DNA of 64,000 nucleotides from a virus. The notes beneath the pieces were generated by a model. That model was not told the origin of the DNA. It searched no databases and saw nothing but the letters and a program-made list of their open reading frames with translations. Numbering within the stretch: the stretch's first letter is position 1; the number at the start of each line of letters is the position of its first letter. The DNA is taken from the IMG/VR virus record IMGVR_UViG_3300037258_000147, positions 40,681-104,680 of that record; one strand, written 5' to 3'. Below, in pieces: positions 44,311 to 55,151 of the stretch. The translations under genes and the position numbers were made by a program.

Positions 44311-45605
44311 AATTTACTGAAGAAGAACTGAAAGCGTTTCGCGCAGAATATGCTAAGGGCGCTACAGACAGCCAGTTTTCGTTGTTCATTGCTGAGTGCG
44401 AGGCTAGGAATCTACGACCTGGACCTCATCTCGTATTTCAATTGAGAAACGCCAAGGAATGGGATGCTACTGTCGGAGCCAAGGTTTTTGTAAAGAAACC
44501 TTATTGGATTACTACCGTGTCGGCCCTGCGGCTAATTGCCCAAAGAACTGGCGAATACCTCGGGCAGGGTCCGGGGGAGTTTATTTATCTGGACAAGGAC
44601 GGGAATCCGTCGGTCACCTCAGAAATTCCTCTGCCCGACCCAGAAGACAAACGGTATCCCAGAGTTCCGTGGGTAGTCCGGACCAAGGTTTACCGTAAAG
44701 GTTTTGCCGAACCAATGATTGGATTGGCTAGATTCGACGCCTATGCCGGTACCATGACCGTAAACAACGAAACCGTGTTGACTGACATGTGGTCTAAGCG
44801 TGGACCAGAGCAACTGCAAAAATGTTCGGAGGCGCTTGCCCTGCGCAAAGCCTTTAGCGAGGAATTAGGATCGCTTTATCTGGCCGAGGAAATTAAAGAC
44901 GAGGAGACTAATCTGACTCCCTCCGAAGTAACCCCGGCTAGTTCAATTCCTCTCCCTCCCCCAGCGCCAGCAGTCAACCAAGTTCCCGCAGTTGGTACCG
45001 AAACCCCAAGACCGAACGAACCCGTAAAAGTCGAATATCACACTGATAAAGTTCCGGCGACTTTGCCCGAACATAGTGGAACTAGTTTGGTTGTTGCGGC
45101 GGACTCGGCAGCGACTCAAATTCCGGCGGTTTCCGAGTCAAAACCAAGTTCGACAAAAGAGAAAAAGAAACCAGGGCGCAAGCCGAAAGATAAAGAAAGT
45201 CCGGAAAATGGACAAGACCCCGCGCTTATGGTAACTGACGCGGATTTTGAGCCGAGTACTTCCCCGGCACCGGTTTTTGATTCGTCTGCTAACCAGAAAG
45301 AGGCTAAGGAATTCGTAGAAGCAGTATCGTCATTTACTGCGGACGATGCTGTCTCCCGAGGCTTACCAGTTCCAGAAGACCCGTTACCCGATGAAATTCA
45401 GAAAAAGGATTTCGCTAATCGAGCAAGACAGTATGCTAAGGAGGCTGGAGTTGACAGTTCAATTCTAGGGGCGTATGCTCTTAAGTTGTCCGACAAAACT
45501 TCTTCGAAATACATGACTGTTGGGAATTGGAATCTAGTGTTTTCCAACCTCGAAAAGTCCAAGACCGAAGGAAATCTCAAGGAACTTCTGAAAGGCGGCG
45601 CATGA
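44307..45605 (+). CDS. Bet/RecT-family single-strand annealing protein with long disordered tail
   Basis: ATDSQF.LFI..C...L.P; LR.IAQRTGEY.G; MW.KR...QL.KCSEALALRKAF...L..LY..EE. Confidence 0.85.
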   Translation: MKFTEEELKAFRAEYAKGATDSQFSLFIAECEARNLRPGPHLVFQLRNAKEWDATVGAKVFVKKPYWITTVSALRLIAQRTGEYLGQGPGEFIYLDKDGNPSVTSEIPLPDPEDKRYPRVPWVVRTKVYRKGFAEPMIGLARFDAYAGTMTVNNETVLTDMWSKRGPEQLQKCSEALALRKAFSEELGSLYLAEEIKDEETNLTPSEVTPASSIPLPPPAPAVNQVPAVGTETPRPNEPVKVEYHTDKVPATLPEHSGTSLVVAADSAATQIPAVSESKPSSTKEKKKPGRKPKDKESPENGQDPALMVTDADFEPSTSPAPVFDSSANQKEAKEFVEAVSSFTADDAVSRGLPVPEDPLPDEIQKKDFANRARQYAKEAGVDSSILGAYALKLSDKTSSKYMTVGNWNLVFSNLEKSKTEGNLKELLKGGA

Positions 45606-45822
45606 ACCACTTTGAAGTCTATCTGAAATCTACCAGCACTCCGGTTCCGGTAGAAGCCGAAAACTACTTTTGTGAAAAAGACAGCCAGACAGTGTTCTAT
45701 ACCGGCGGTGACGAAGTAGCCCGATTTGGATCGGAAAATGTACGAAATATCGAGAGGCTAGTTCCTCTTGTCTACCCGAAAACTTAAATTTAATTTGTCC
45801 ATAAAATGGACGGGAGAATTGA

Positions 45823-46383
45823 ATGCCAATTTACTATGTAAAATCAGCCACTTATTCCGGCGACCAAGGTCCTCAGTCCCGGGTCATTGCAATCGAAGCG
45901 GATTATTACGTTACCTCAGAACACGGTGACTACGAATTTATCAAGCGTGGCGTAGGTTCTCAAGACAACCGAACCGTGGCCACAGTCCAAGGTCGAGATG
46001 TATTTGCGGTATTTGAAGAAGGCGCGCGTCGAAGCGAGTTTTTGGAAGACCTTGCTGTAGAAGACGTTGAAGACTCCGACGACGTTTGTCTAGATTGTAG
46101 ATTTTCAGAACTTCTAGAGTCCGAGGAGTTCTTTGATGCGGTTTGCAAAGCATATGACGTTATCCAACAAGCCGACGCAGAGTCCGAGGAGCTTCCTACT
46201 ATCCACAAGCGTAAGTATCGGGGCGACGAATATTGGGGCTTTCTAAACGACGACGGGAATTTTGTCCCTTTTTTCAGCAGGTTGGACGCCGAAGACGGGT
46301 GGAAAGTCCGTCCGGAGTTAAAGACCCGTTGGTCTACCCTTCCCATCCACGAAACCGAACTTGTTAAGGAGACCGTCCAGTGA
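45823..46383 (+). CDS. Acidic hypothetical protein
   Basis: 186 aa, GGAG RBS; N-terminus resembles the 45602..45787 ORF. Confidence 0.65.
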   Translation: MPIYYVKSATYSGDQGPQSRVIAIEADYYVTSEHGDYEFIKRGVGSQDNRTVATVQGRDVFAVFEEGARRSEFLEDLAVEDVEDSDDVCLDCRFSELLESEEFFDAVCKAYDVIQQADAESEELPTIHKRKYRGDEYWGFLNDDGNFVPFFSRLDAEDGWKVRPELKTRWSTLPIHETELVKETVQ

Positions 46384-46823
46384 GCGGATATTGCAATGTG
46401 ACAGTAGTAGGGGGTCTGGGCAAGGACCCTGAGGTCCGGGCCACGCCCAACGGTAAAAAAGTAGCTAATTTTTCAGTAGCTGTGGACCAAGGATTTGGAG
46501 ACAATAAGAAAACCGAATGGGTTAACGTAGTAGTTTTTGACAAACTCGCTGAACTTGCTGAGAAGTATCTCAAAAAGGGTAAGCAAGTAGCCTTGTCCGG
46601 GACCCTCCGAACCACTTCCTGGGACGACAAGCAATCTGGACAGAAGCGGTACAAAACCGAGGTTGTGGCCAGGGACTTGACTTTTATGGACACTCGTTCC
46701 GGCTCGACTGAAAACCGGGCGTCAGCCGCGCCTCCAGCCCGCCAACAAACCGCTCCCCCGGTCAGGGGTGCCCAAGACCCGTTCGCGGATACAGAAATCT
46801 CGGATGACGATATACCCTTTTAG
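46380..46823 (+). CDS. ssb: Single-stranded DNA-binding protein
   Basis: G.LGKDPEVR...VANFSVA...TEW...; DDDIPF tail. Confidence 0.95.
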   Translation: MSGYCNVTVVGGLGKDPEVRATPNGKKVANFSVAVDQGFGDNKKTEWVNVVVFDKLAELAEKYLKKGKQVALSGTLRTTSWDDKQSGQKRYKTEVVARDLTFMDTRSGSTENRASAAPPARQQTAPPVRGAQDPFADTEISDDDIPF

Positions 46824-46825
46824 CC

Positions 46826-47071
46826 ATGAAAATCCAAGTTATTGAAAAACATATTACCGACGGCAAGCGGGGGTCGTGTACGCACGATCCTGTTGCCTTG
46901 TCCCTATTAGATGCCGGATTCCAAAAACCCTGGGTCAGCCCCGGATACCTTGCCTGGAGGTTTGAAAACAAAGATTACTTTCAGGCTATACCAGAAAACG
47001 TGCTAGAATTTATGAAACAATTTGATAACGGGCAGTTGGTATACCCGTTCGATTTTGAGGTGGATGGATGA
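46826..47071 (+). CDS. Paralog family protein 4
   Basis: HITDGKRG...DPVALSL...FDNG..V.PFDFE. Confidence 0.75.
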   Translation: MKIQVIEKHITDGKRGSCTHDPVALSLLDAGFQKPWVSPGYLAWRFENKDYFQAIPENVLEFMKQFDNGQLVYPFDFEVDG

Positions 47072-47397
47072 AACTTCTATGTAAAATATTCGGGTGCTGC
47101 CTGGAAGAAAACGGTCCTGCGTGCCGCCGATGCGGTGTTTGGCTATACGATTGGAGATTCGTTGACCGAGAAATGTCGTGGCTAGGTCCTTGGTATTCTA
47201 CTACTTGGTGGGTTTCTTGCAATCGAAATTGGATTTCTCACGCTTGCGGAAACACAGACTGCGGGAAGAGATTATTTTTCACTTCAAAAGCGTGTTGCTC
47301 AGATAAATGTTATGATAGTTGGATACCATTCTGATTAGCCGATCCCAATAACCACAGCTGTGGCTGAAATTCAAGAAGAATTGGTTAAAAAATCCAC

Positions 47398-48426
47398 ATG
47401 GTAAAAGCTAACAAAAAGATACCCTCAAAACCAATATCCCTGAATGACGAGCAACAGGCCGTGGTGTCGGCCCGATCCGGGGTTTTCCAAGTCCAGGCAG
47501 GCCCGGGAAGTGGAAAGACTTTTGCTTGTACCCAGCGTATGGCCGGAATCCTGAAAGAAGGGGTTTCGCCAGACGATTTACTTTCTTTGTCCTTTACCTC
47601 AACCGGGGCGAAAAACCTAAAGACTAAAATCGAGGAAATTACCGGGGCCTTGTCCATTAATCGGACAGCCGGTACAATGACTTTTCACGGAATGGGGTTG
47701 AGATTTGCCCAAGAAGAAAGAGATGCGTTTAATTTTAAGGTTGCTGAATTCCCTCTTGCTACGGAGCCCGTGGCGTGCAAGCTGTCTGCCGAGGCCGCAA
47801 GACGATATGAAATTGATCCCCGCCTACTCCGGTCCCAGACAAGCCTATATAAGCGGAACCGGATTTCTCCTGCTGAGGCTGTCAAGAGAAGTGAGGCTTC
47901 ACTCAAACCCCAGGAACTGAAACTCGCTTTAGCCTATAAGAACTACGACGCCAAAATGAAGGAAAACGGGGTTTTGGATTTCGACTCTCTAATGTACGAA
48001 ATGGTGGAACTTCTAGAGAAACCAGATGTCCGGAAAAGATGGCAGTATAAATACGTAATTTGCGACGAGGCCCAAGACTGTTGTATTACGGACTGGCAGT
48101 TACTGAAGCTCATTACTGAGAAACACGGAAACTTAATGTGCGTAGGGGACCCCGGCCAGTCGGTTTTCGGATTTCGAGGAGCTTCCCCAGACTTGTTTTT
48201 GAATATGGAAAAAATGTTCCCCGCAGTTCGGAAATTGTTTTTGGCCGCGAACTACCGAAGCACCCCAGAGTTAGTGTCTTTCTTGAAAGAAATCGGACCA
48301 GTTCCTGAGTTGGCTGAAAAATTTCATACGTTAAACAGTTCAGGACCTGCGCCCGAAATAAAAGGTTTTGGAAACCAACAAGACGAAATAAACTGGATAG
48401 TTGGCAAGATCAAGGAGTCCATTTAA
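47398..48426 (+). CDS. UvrD/PcrA-like helicase, N-terminal half
   Basis: LNDEQ, AGPGSGKT, TFH, DEAQD, VGDPGQS.FGFRGA, NYRS. Confidence 0.9.
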   Translation: MVKANKKIPSKPISLNDEQQAVVSARSGVFQVQAGPGSGKTFACTQRMAGILKEGVSPDDLLSLSFTSTGAKNLKTKIEEITGALSINRTAGTMTFHGMGLRFAQEERDAFNFKVAEFPLATEPVACKLSAEAARRYEIDPRLLRSQTSLYKRNRISPAEAVKRSEASLKPQELKLALAYKNYDAKMKENGVLDFDSLMYEMVELLEKPDVRKRWQYKYVICDEAQDCCITDWQLLKLITEKHGNLMCVGDPGQSVFGFRGASPDLFLNMEKMFPAVRKLFLAANYRSTPELVSFLKEIGPVPELAEKFHTLNSSGPAPEIKGFGNQQDEINWIVGKIKESI

Positions 48427-49241
48427 TGGACAAGTCTGTCGCTATTTTAAACCGAACAAATCGGGGACTCCGGCCCTTTGAAGACGCTTTGTCCGAGGCT
48501 GGAGTGAAATACTACCTCGTAGGCCGAAGTGGTTTCTGGAGCCAGCCTGAGATTCGGGCAGTCGTTTCAATCCTGGGCTGTGTTTTGTACCCGGCAGACC
48601 ACTATCTCATGGGGGCTGTTTCCTCTCCGTTCTGGCCAACAAAATTTCTGCCAAAAACGAAAATTTTATCCAGACTAAAAGAAATTAGAGGAGAGCAACC
48701 TAAGGAATCTGCAATATCTCACTGGCAGATGCTTACCACAAGACCGGAATCGGTAGTAGAATCGAAAAACCTAGGGGCACTTCGAGAGTTTACTCAGTTC
48801 GTACACTCGCTCTCCCGATACCGGGATTTAAGAGCAGTAGACGGACTAAAGTCTGTTATGGCGACTCTAAAAGTCGGGGATTATTTTTCTGAAATAGAGG
48901 AAACCCCAGACTCAAGTCCTCTCGACAATCTCCAGGAACTCTTAAGGTTGTCCGAAAAATGGACAAATATCCGGGAGTTTATGGATTACACTAGGCGAGC
49001 TTCGGCGGCTAGTAAGGGTCGTAAAGGAGTGGCTTTAAGTACGATCCACGGATTCAAAGGCATGGAGTCTGATATTGTGTTCCTGGTAGGGTGTCAGGAA
49101 GGCCAAATGCCTCACTCTAAATCAACGGACTTACCTGAAGAAAGAAATCTGTTTTTCGTCGGGTGCTCTCGCCCGAAACAGGGACTTTACATTACTTACA
49201 CTGGGGTCCCTTCACAATTTTTGAAAAAGGAACCCTCATGA
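48426..49241 (+). CDS. UvrD/PcrA-like helicase, C-terminal half
   Basis: AILNRTN, STIHGFKGME, EERNLFFVGCSR. Confidence 0.9.
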   Translation: MDKSVAILNRTNRGLRPFEDALSEAGVKYYLVGRSGFWSQPEIRAVVSILGCVLYPADHYLMGAVSSPFWPTKFLPKTKILSRLKEIRGEQPKESAISHWQMLTTRPESVVESKNLGALREFTQFVHSLSRYRDLRAVDGLKSVMATLKVGDYFSEIEETPDSSPLDNLQELLRLSEKWTNIREFMDYTRRASAASKGRKGVALSTIHGFKGMESDIVFLVGCQEGQMPHSKSTDLPEERNLFFVGCSRPKQGLYITYTGVPSQFLKKEPS

Positions 49242-51363
49242 CCAAAAATCTCGCAGATACCACCCCCGAAATTCACAAACGTTGGTTTGCGGGCAAGAAA
49301 TTGATTGATGTCGTCGGCTTCGAGCCGTACATCCGCTATGTGTTCGAGGGCGGCGGATATTTCGAGCAATACCGGCGTCTCGGCGAATTAAACTGGGTCA
49401 AGGTTGAAAACGGACTGCCTCCTAATAGCCCCGTAGGTCCAGAAACCGATCTGGTTCTTGTCCACACGAATCGAGAGTATCTTCCCAATATCACTACTGC
49501 TTCGGGAGAATACACAGAAGATGGATTTCAGTGGACCTTAGATAATAAAAGGGTCCTTGAGCCAGTATGGGGAGGACGCGACCCCCTTAAAGTAACCGAG
49601 TGGGCCGCTATTAGCTTACCAATAAATCATGAAGGAAAGGTTTCCGAATGCACAAAAAACACATAACTTATGATCTGACTTGTGATCGATGCGAGCACCC
49701 TGTAGATCGTTTGAGTCAGTTGTATCTTAAGACTCCGCTGGTCGTTCGGGAGCACGGCTACGAAAATTCTCGGGATGAGACTATCTCTGAACTTTGTGAC
49801 GACTGCTGGGATACATTGATGGCGTTCTTGGGTAAAGAAACTAATTGGTGGAGAAAACTTTTCCATTTTCAAAAGAAGGAGATACCATGTCCCTGATGTC
49901 TCGTTTATCTGAAATAATGCCCAAGAAATCAGAATCTCTGTTTGCTGGTAAACTACGTATTAAACAATATCCTATTCGACACTCTGCGGATGCCTTTCTA
50001 GGTTGGCTTGGGGACGACTTACCAAAAACCAGAGAAGAAGTACACGCGAGTCTTTGGGTATTTGGAGAAATGCTTTGCGGAGATATGGAAAAACAGGTCA
50101 ACCATTCCATGAAACTGGTTGAGGACGTTATATCCAAGCATGTAAACCCAATATATGTAATAAAGAAGGAGAAAAATGAAACCAGTATCACCAGTTATTA
50201 AGGGTTTTGAGGAACATGAATTTCTCTTAGCCAAAGACCAAAAACAATACCTCCCAATCCCAACTTTGGTTGCCGAGGGAGATGAAAAGAGTTTCATAAG
50301 TCGCTGGGAATTTACTCCAGAGGAAAAGGAGTTGATAGCAGCGGGAGGAACTCTGCTCTACCACCAACTTACTTTTGGAAACGATTTTCAGCCGATTTGT
50401 TTTGAAATCGTCGGTCCTAAGGAGAAGTTATGACTTGGTGGAATAAAGTGGCATTAAAAGAACCAGAAATACTTGGGTACAGCAGGCTTGGGGAGATGAT
50501 TCCTTGCTCCAATCCCGAAAATGTTGTACTGATTCCCGTAGCCCCACCTCCCGATCTATCCACCAAACCCGAAGATAAAATCGGGTATTGTTTTGGATAT
50601 GTCTGTCCAAAAAAGCATGTCAACGAGACTTTTGACAGCATTACTATAGATGGATACAAGGAACGCAGAGCTTGTCAGACGTGCGGGGGTGTTGCGAAAC
50701 CGGCTGTGGTGAAGAGGATTAGCGAAGCTCGGTGGGTAAATCACGACCGATCCTCTTCTTATGGTCTCAAACCAGACCCCGATTGGAGGTGGAGGCATGA
50801 AGTTTTCGCAGGTAGGTTCTCCGACGCGAATTGGATGATTCAGTGGACCCGACGTGAATTCTTACATTATCTGGACTCTCCAAGGTCCGCTAGGAAGAAG
50901 AAATGAAGCAAAAGCAAAAGACCGAAGTTCTTCAGGAAATCAAGCACCCAATTACCGGTAGGGAGCCTTTTCTAGCATTCAACCAGCCTAAATTGATTAT
51001 AAATATTCACGATTATTCCGGGCGGTCTCATAATTTCTTGGACGGATGGTGTGCCTCGTTTCACCCTTTCCGGAGAGGAGATACTCTAAAGTTCCAACTA
51101 TGCCGAGAATATCAGGTCGAACTAACTTGGTGGGAGCAATTGTTGGCTTGGTTTAGAGAGGTAAAATGAACGCTATCGGCGTCCCTTTGAGCTCTCCAAA
51201 CTGGTGGAAGAATTGTGTAGACCAAGACGGAAACCCTGTCCACATCCTTACCATGAAAGATTTGGAGGAGATGATTCCTAAAGAGATTATAGACAGGCTG
51301 GCTGCGGAACTCGGCAAAAGACTGAATGAGACGATAACTAAGATAGGGAGAAATATGCTATGA
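49238..51363 (+). other. Run of small hypothetical genes (49238-49666, 49648-49896, ~49887-50201, 50176-50433, 50430-50906, 50903-51169, 51166-51363)
   Basis: Overlapping coupled ORFs with RBSs. Confidence 0.65.
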
Positions 51364-52523
51364 GTTTGTACACTAGTGCTTCGGGGAGGGCCGTCAATCA
51401 CGCTTCAAGTTCCAGTTTGGATACCTACAGGCTGTGCCGACGGAAATTCAAGCTGTCCCGCATCGATGGCTGGCGGCAGAAATCCAGGAAAGCTAGTCTA
51501 GAAATTGGCAAGTGCCTTGAGACCGCTTTACAGTATTATTACGAAAATGGCTGTAAGCCTGATGATTTTTCGGACGAGTGGAAACGCTTGTGGCTGAAAT
51601 TCGAGTCGATTGAACTCGTCTATACAGACCAGGAACAAGACTGGAAAACCGTTTACCAGTTAGGTACCGAGTGGGCGAAATTATTCCACGTAATCCGCGA
51701 TACTCTGCCCATCCGAAATCCTAAGTGGCAACTCCAGTTTTTGAAGGAACTGTGGCCGGGTGACTTGAATCTTGGCGGCATCAACTTCATGGGATATGTG
51801 GATATCCTTTCGATTTTAGCAGACGGGACTCGGTTAATTATCGATGTAAAAACTGCGAAGTCTAGTTTACCCATAACCTCGGGAATGATGGCCCTTGACG
51901 GGCAGCTTCGTAAATACGCTTGGCTTTCCGGAATCCGAGAAGTCGGGTTTTTGAACTTCGTTAAGTGCGACCCAAATTCTTTCCGTAAAGGAGTTGGGGT
52001 AACACTACTAGAAGATACTAGAGACTGGAAAGCCGGTCAGGTTCTGGTAGTCGCTAAATATTCGGCGGCAAAAGAAGATTCTGCGGAGTTATTTTACTTA
52101 GGTACCGAAGAAACCGTCCATAAAATGGACGAAGAACTTGACGCGATTTCTGGAAAAGGGGCTAAAGAAAAAACAGAGGCTGTTTTCTCCGGATATCTGG
52201 CAGACGGGAGACTTTGCGTAATAACAAGATCGGCGCTCACCAAAGTTAAAATCCAGTTTGTTCGTGGTACAATACCCGAAGAAGACCTGCCCGAAATTGG
52301 CCAGCAACTAGGTACAGATACCTATGCTATATTTCAGGCGCAGAAAACCGGATATCCGGCAGATGGGGGAGTAAGATTTCCAAACGCGATCTGTGGATGG
52401 TGTGAGATGCGTGGAATTTGCCTAAAGGACAACAGGCTGCGGGACGAACTTCTCGTCCAAATAGGCCCCAAAGTTGAAGAGGATGACTGGCTAAAGGAAC
52501 TGGAAACAGAGGAGACGGAATGA
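51360..52523 (+). CDS. PD-(D/E)XK exonuclease (AddB/Cas4-like, Fe-S Cys pattern)
   Basis: S.SSL.TY..C.RK; G.VD...IIDVKT; QL..Y; CGWCEMRGIC. Confidence 0.85.
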   Translation: MSLYTSASGRAVNHASSSSLDTYRLCRRKFKLSRIDGWRQKSRKASLEIGKCLETALQYYYENGCKPDDFSDEWKRLWLKFESIELVYTDQEQDWKTVYQLGTEWAKLFHVIRDTLPIRNPKWQLQFLKELWPGDLNLGGINFMGYVDILSILADGTRLIIDVKTAKSSLPITSGMMALDGQLRKYAWLSGIREVGFLNFVKCDPNSFRKGVGVTLLEDTRDWKAGQVLVVAKYSAAKEDSAELFYLGTEETVHKMDEELDAISGKGAKEKTEAVFSGYLADGRLCVITRSALTKVKIQFVRGTIPEEDLPEIGQQLGTDTYAIFQAQKTGYPADGGVRFPNAICGWCEMRGICLKDNRLRDELLVQIGPKVEEDDWLKELETEETE

Positions 52524-53437
52524 TCGACAAACCCTATGACGAATACTCGGGCAAGGTCATAAAAAACCTGCTGACTTGGCAACAGGTCGGTTACATAAAC
52601 AGAAAAGTTGTGTTCTCAGAATCCTGTGTTGGCAATTTGTCCGTCCGAGAGCTTCGTGGTTTGCTCGCCGACGCTTGGTTAGCCGGACTCGCGTACAGCT
52701 TGAATCTGATTGAAGGGGAGATGTGATGTTCACTCGGCTTAAAAGAGTTTGGAAGGTCCTGCGCGGGAAGGAATATGGCTATCCCCCGTCAGAAGTCATC
52801 TACGTGAAATCCGGAAAAGCAGAAAATCAGTTTGTCCAGCTTCTCGCTTGGCGGGATACAGTTCTCGCTCTGGATGCGCAGGGTAAGATTTGGGAACTTC
52901 GAGAGCAGGCAGGATATCCCTATGGATTTGTAAACCAACTTGTTCAGGAAAGTCCGAGGAGCTACTGATGAAAGAAGAATACAAAGCATCTTGGAATGAA
53001 GAAATTACTGACTGCTGTGAGGTTAGTCCTCAGTACGGAGGAGGATATCCGGAATATTACAAGAAGTGTCCACAATGTGGGGACGGCTCTCTATTTTGGC
53101 CCACAAAAACCCATTACGTCTATCATCCTAGCAGCTACGAGAAGAATTTGGAAGATAGGATCAAAAGTTTGGAGCAAGAGGCATGAGTCTATCCAGACGT
53201 GGTTTCTTTGGTATGCTGGCTGGTCTGGCGGCTTGTCCATTATTCGGACTAAAAAGCCTATACGCTGGTCCTATTCCCGGGCATAATTACGTCTTCCACT
53301 ATAAGAATTTTATCTGCGACGACGTAGTCTCCCCCAAAAATAGTATTGACCCCAAAAATTACGATGACTACTGCCGAGTATTTACGTGGAAACATGAACC
53401 CGGAATTCTTTGGTGGTCTAAGGAGAGTCATGACTAA
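52520..53437 (+). other. Small hypothetical genes (52520-52726, ~52723-52968, ~52968-53186, 53183-53437 with Tat-like SRRGFF)
   Basis: Coupled ORFs. Confidence 0.6.
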
Positions 53438-54062
53438 ACTCGTACTAATTTCTGACACCCACGGTAAGCACAGACAGTTTGATGTTCCAGACGGAGATAT
53501 TTTGATCCACGCCGGGGATATTATGACCTCTGGCTGGGACGTATCGGAAGTCATAGATTTCGATGTCTGGTTAGGGTCTCTACCCCATCCGTTTAAAATC
53601 GTAATCGCTGGTAACCACGACTGGATTTTCGAGAAGTATTACGCTACTAGACAGCATATCACCAACGCTTTGTACCTAGAAGATTCTGGCATCGAAATGA
53701 TGGGTCTGAAATTTTGGGGATCGCCAGTCCAGCCGGAATTCAATAATTGGGCCTTCAACCGAAAACGCGGCGAAGATATTCAGAAACACTGGGACAAAAT
53801 CCCGGACGACACGGACGTTTTAATCACCCACGGACCTCCTAGTGGGATTTTAGACTGGACCAAACCTGGACGGGAAAGTTTAGGCTGCCGAAATCTACGT
53901 AAAACTATAGATCAAATCAAACCAAAACTTCACGTGTTCGGGCATATTCATGGGGGTTACGGGGTGAGTAGAGTAGAAGATACCACTTTTGTAAACGCCT
54001 CTTTGCTAGACGAAGCCTATAGACCTGCTAATGAACCGGTTGTCGTGGAGTTGTCCGATTAA
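53430..54062 (+). CDS. Calcineurin-like metallophosphoesterase
   Basis: ISDTH, HAGD, AGNHD, THGPP, FGHIH. Confidence 0.9.
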   Translation: MTKLVLISDTHGKHRQFDVPDGDILIHAGDIMTSGWDVSEVIDFDVWLGSLPHPFKIVIAGNHDWIFEKYYATRQHITNALYLEDSGIEMMGLKFWGSPVQPEFNNWAFNRKRGEDIQKHWDKIPDDTDVLITHGPPSGILDWTKPGRESLGCRNLRKTIDQIKPKLHVFGHIHGGYGVSRVEDTTFVNASLLDEAYRPANEPVVVELSD

Positions 54063-54562
54063 TGGAATTATATAGGGAAGCAGTAGTCAGTGACGACCAG
54101 AAATACCGCTATACTCTTTACCGGGAATGGCGGGAGGATATTTTCGACCCGCTGAAAATTCTGAACTTCGTCATGTTGAATCCTTCCAAGGCAGACGGGC
54201 TGGTAGACGACCCGACTATCCGAAAATGTATTGGTTACGCAAAAATCGGCGATTTCAACGCAATTCGCGTAGTTAATTTATTCGCTCTGCGCTCTACTGA
54301 CCCTAAACAGTTACAATACGAGTACGTTAACGGAGGTGATACAATAGGCCCGTTGAACGATTCCTATGTCCGAGAACTGCCTTCGGAAGAAACTGTTTGT
54401 GTGGCTTGGGGTTCTACCTTCCAAAACAAACCTTGGGTCCAAAACAGAATTGCTAAAACTTTCCAGTTTCTAAACAGGAAACTATACTGTCTCAAAAAGA
54501 CCAAAGACGGCCATCCGTGCCATCCAGTGATGCTCGGATACGGACCTTTAATCGAATTTTAG
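54062..54562 (+). CDS. DUF1643 family protein
   Basis: YRY.L.R.W...MLNPS.AD...DDPTIR.C...VNLFA.R.T.P...AWG...P.HP. Confidence 0.9.
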   Translation: MELYREAVVSDDQKYRYTLYREWREDIFDPLKILNFVMLNPSKADGLVDDPTIRKCIGYAKIGDFNAIRVVNLFALRSTDPKQLQYEYVNGGDTIGPLNDSYVRELPSEETVCVAWGSTFQNKPWVQNRIAKTFQFLNRKLYCLKKTKDGHPCHPVMLGYGPLIEF

Positions 54563-54584
54563 TCCGAAAAATGGACGGAAACAC

Positions 54585-55151
54585 ATGAGCTTATCAAAGA
54601 AAACCAGATTCGAAATATTCAAGAGAGATGGGTTCACTTGCCAGTATTGCGGGCAGCGGCCTCCTGAAGTCGTGCTTGAAGTAGACCATATTCACCCCTC
54701 TTCCAAGGGTGGTTCTGACGACGAAATCAACCTCATAACTTCTTGTTTCGACTGCAATCGTGGGAAATCTGATAAGAAGATTGGGGACATCCATCCACGC
54801 CCGGACGCAGACATAAGGTATCTTGAGACTCAGCAGGAAATCGGAGAAGCAAAGAGATATCTCACATCCCAAGAACAACTTGCCGTAGTCCAAAAACAGA
54901 TTAAAGAGCGCCTCAAGGATTTGTGGACTGAGTATTTGACCCCAACCTACGCACCTTCAGATAAACAGTTCGGGGCTTGGTTAGCGTGGCATAGTCCAGA
55001 AGACTTAGACTTTGCAATTCGTAGGGCTTCAGGAAAATACCAAAGCGGGTCCCTTCAAAGAGGAAACGAAAAGTACTCCTGCGAAAGCTGTATCCGATAT
55101 GTCAGCGGCATCATGAAGAGCGTAGCACAAGAACGAGAAGCCAATGGATGA
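54585..55151 (+). CDS. HNH endonuclease domain protein
   Basis: RFEIFKRDGFTCQYCG...LEVDHI.P.SKGG.....NLITSCFDCNRGK. Confidence 0.9.
   Translation: MSLSKKTRFEIFKRDGFTCQYCGQRPPEVVLEVDHIHPSSKGGSDDEINLITSCFDCNRGKSDKKIGDIHPRPDADIRYLETQQEIGEAKRYLTSQEQLAVVQKQIKERLKDLWTEYLTPTYAPSDKQFGAWLAWHSPEDLDFAIRRASGKYQSGSLQRGNEKYSCESCIRYVSGIMKSVAQEREANG

Noticed and set aside
51360-52523. CRISPR-associated Cas4
   Set aside because: No array or other cas genes; context with Bet/SSB/UvrD indicates a recombination exonuclease
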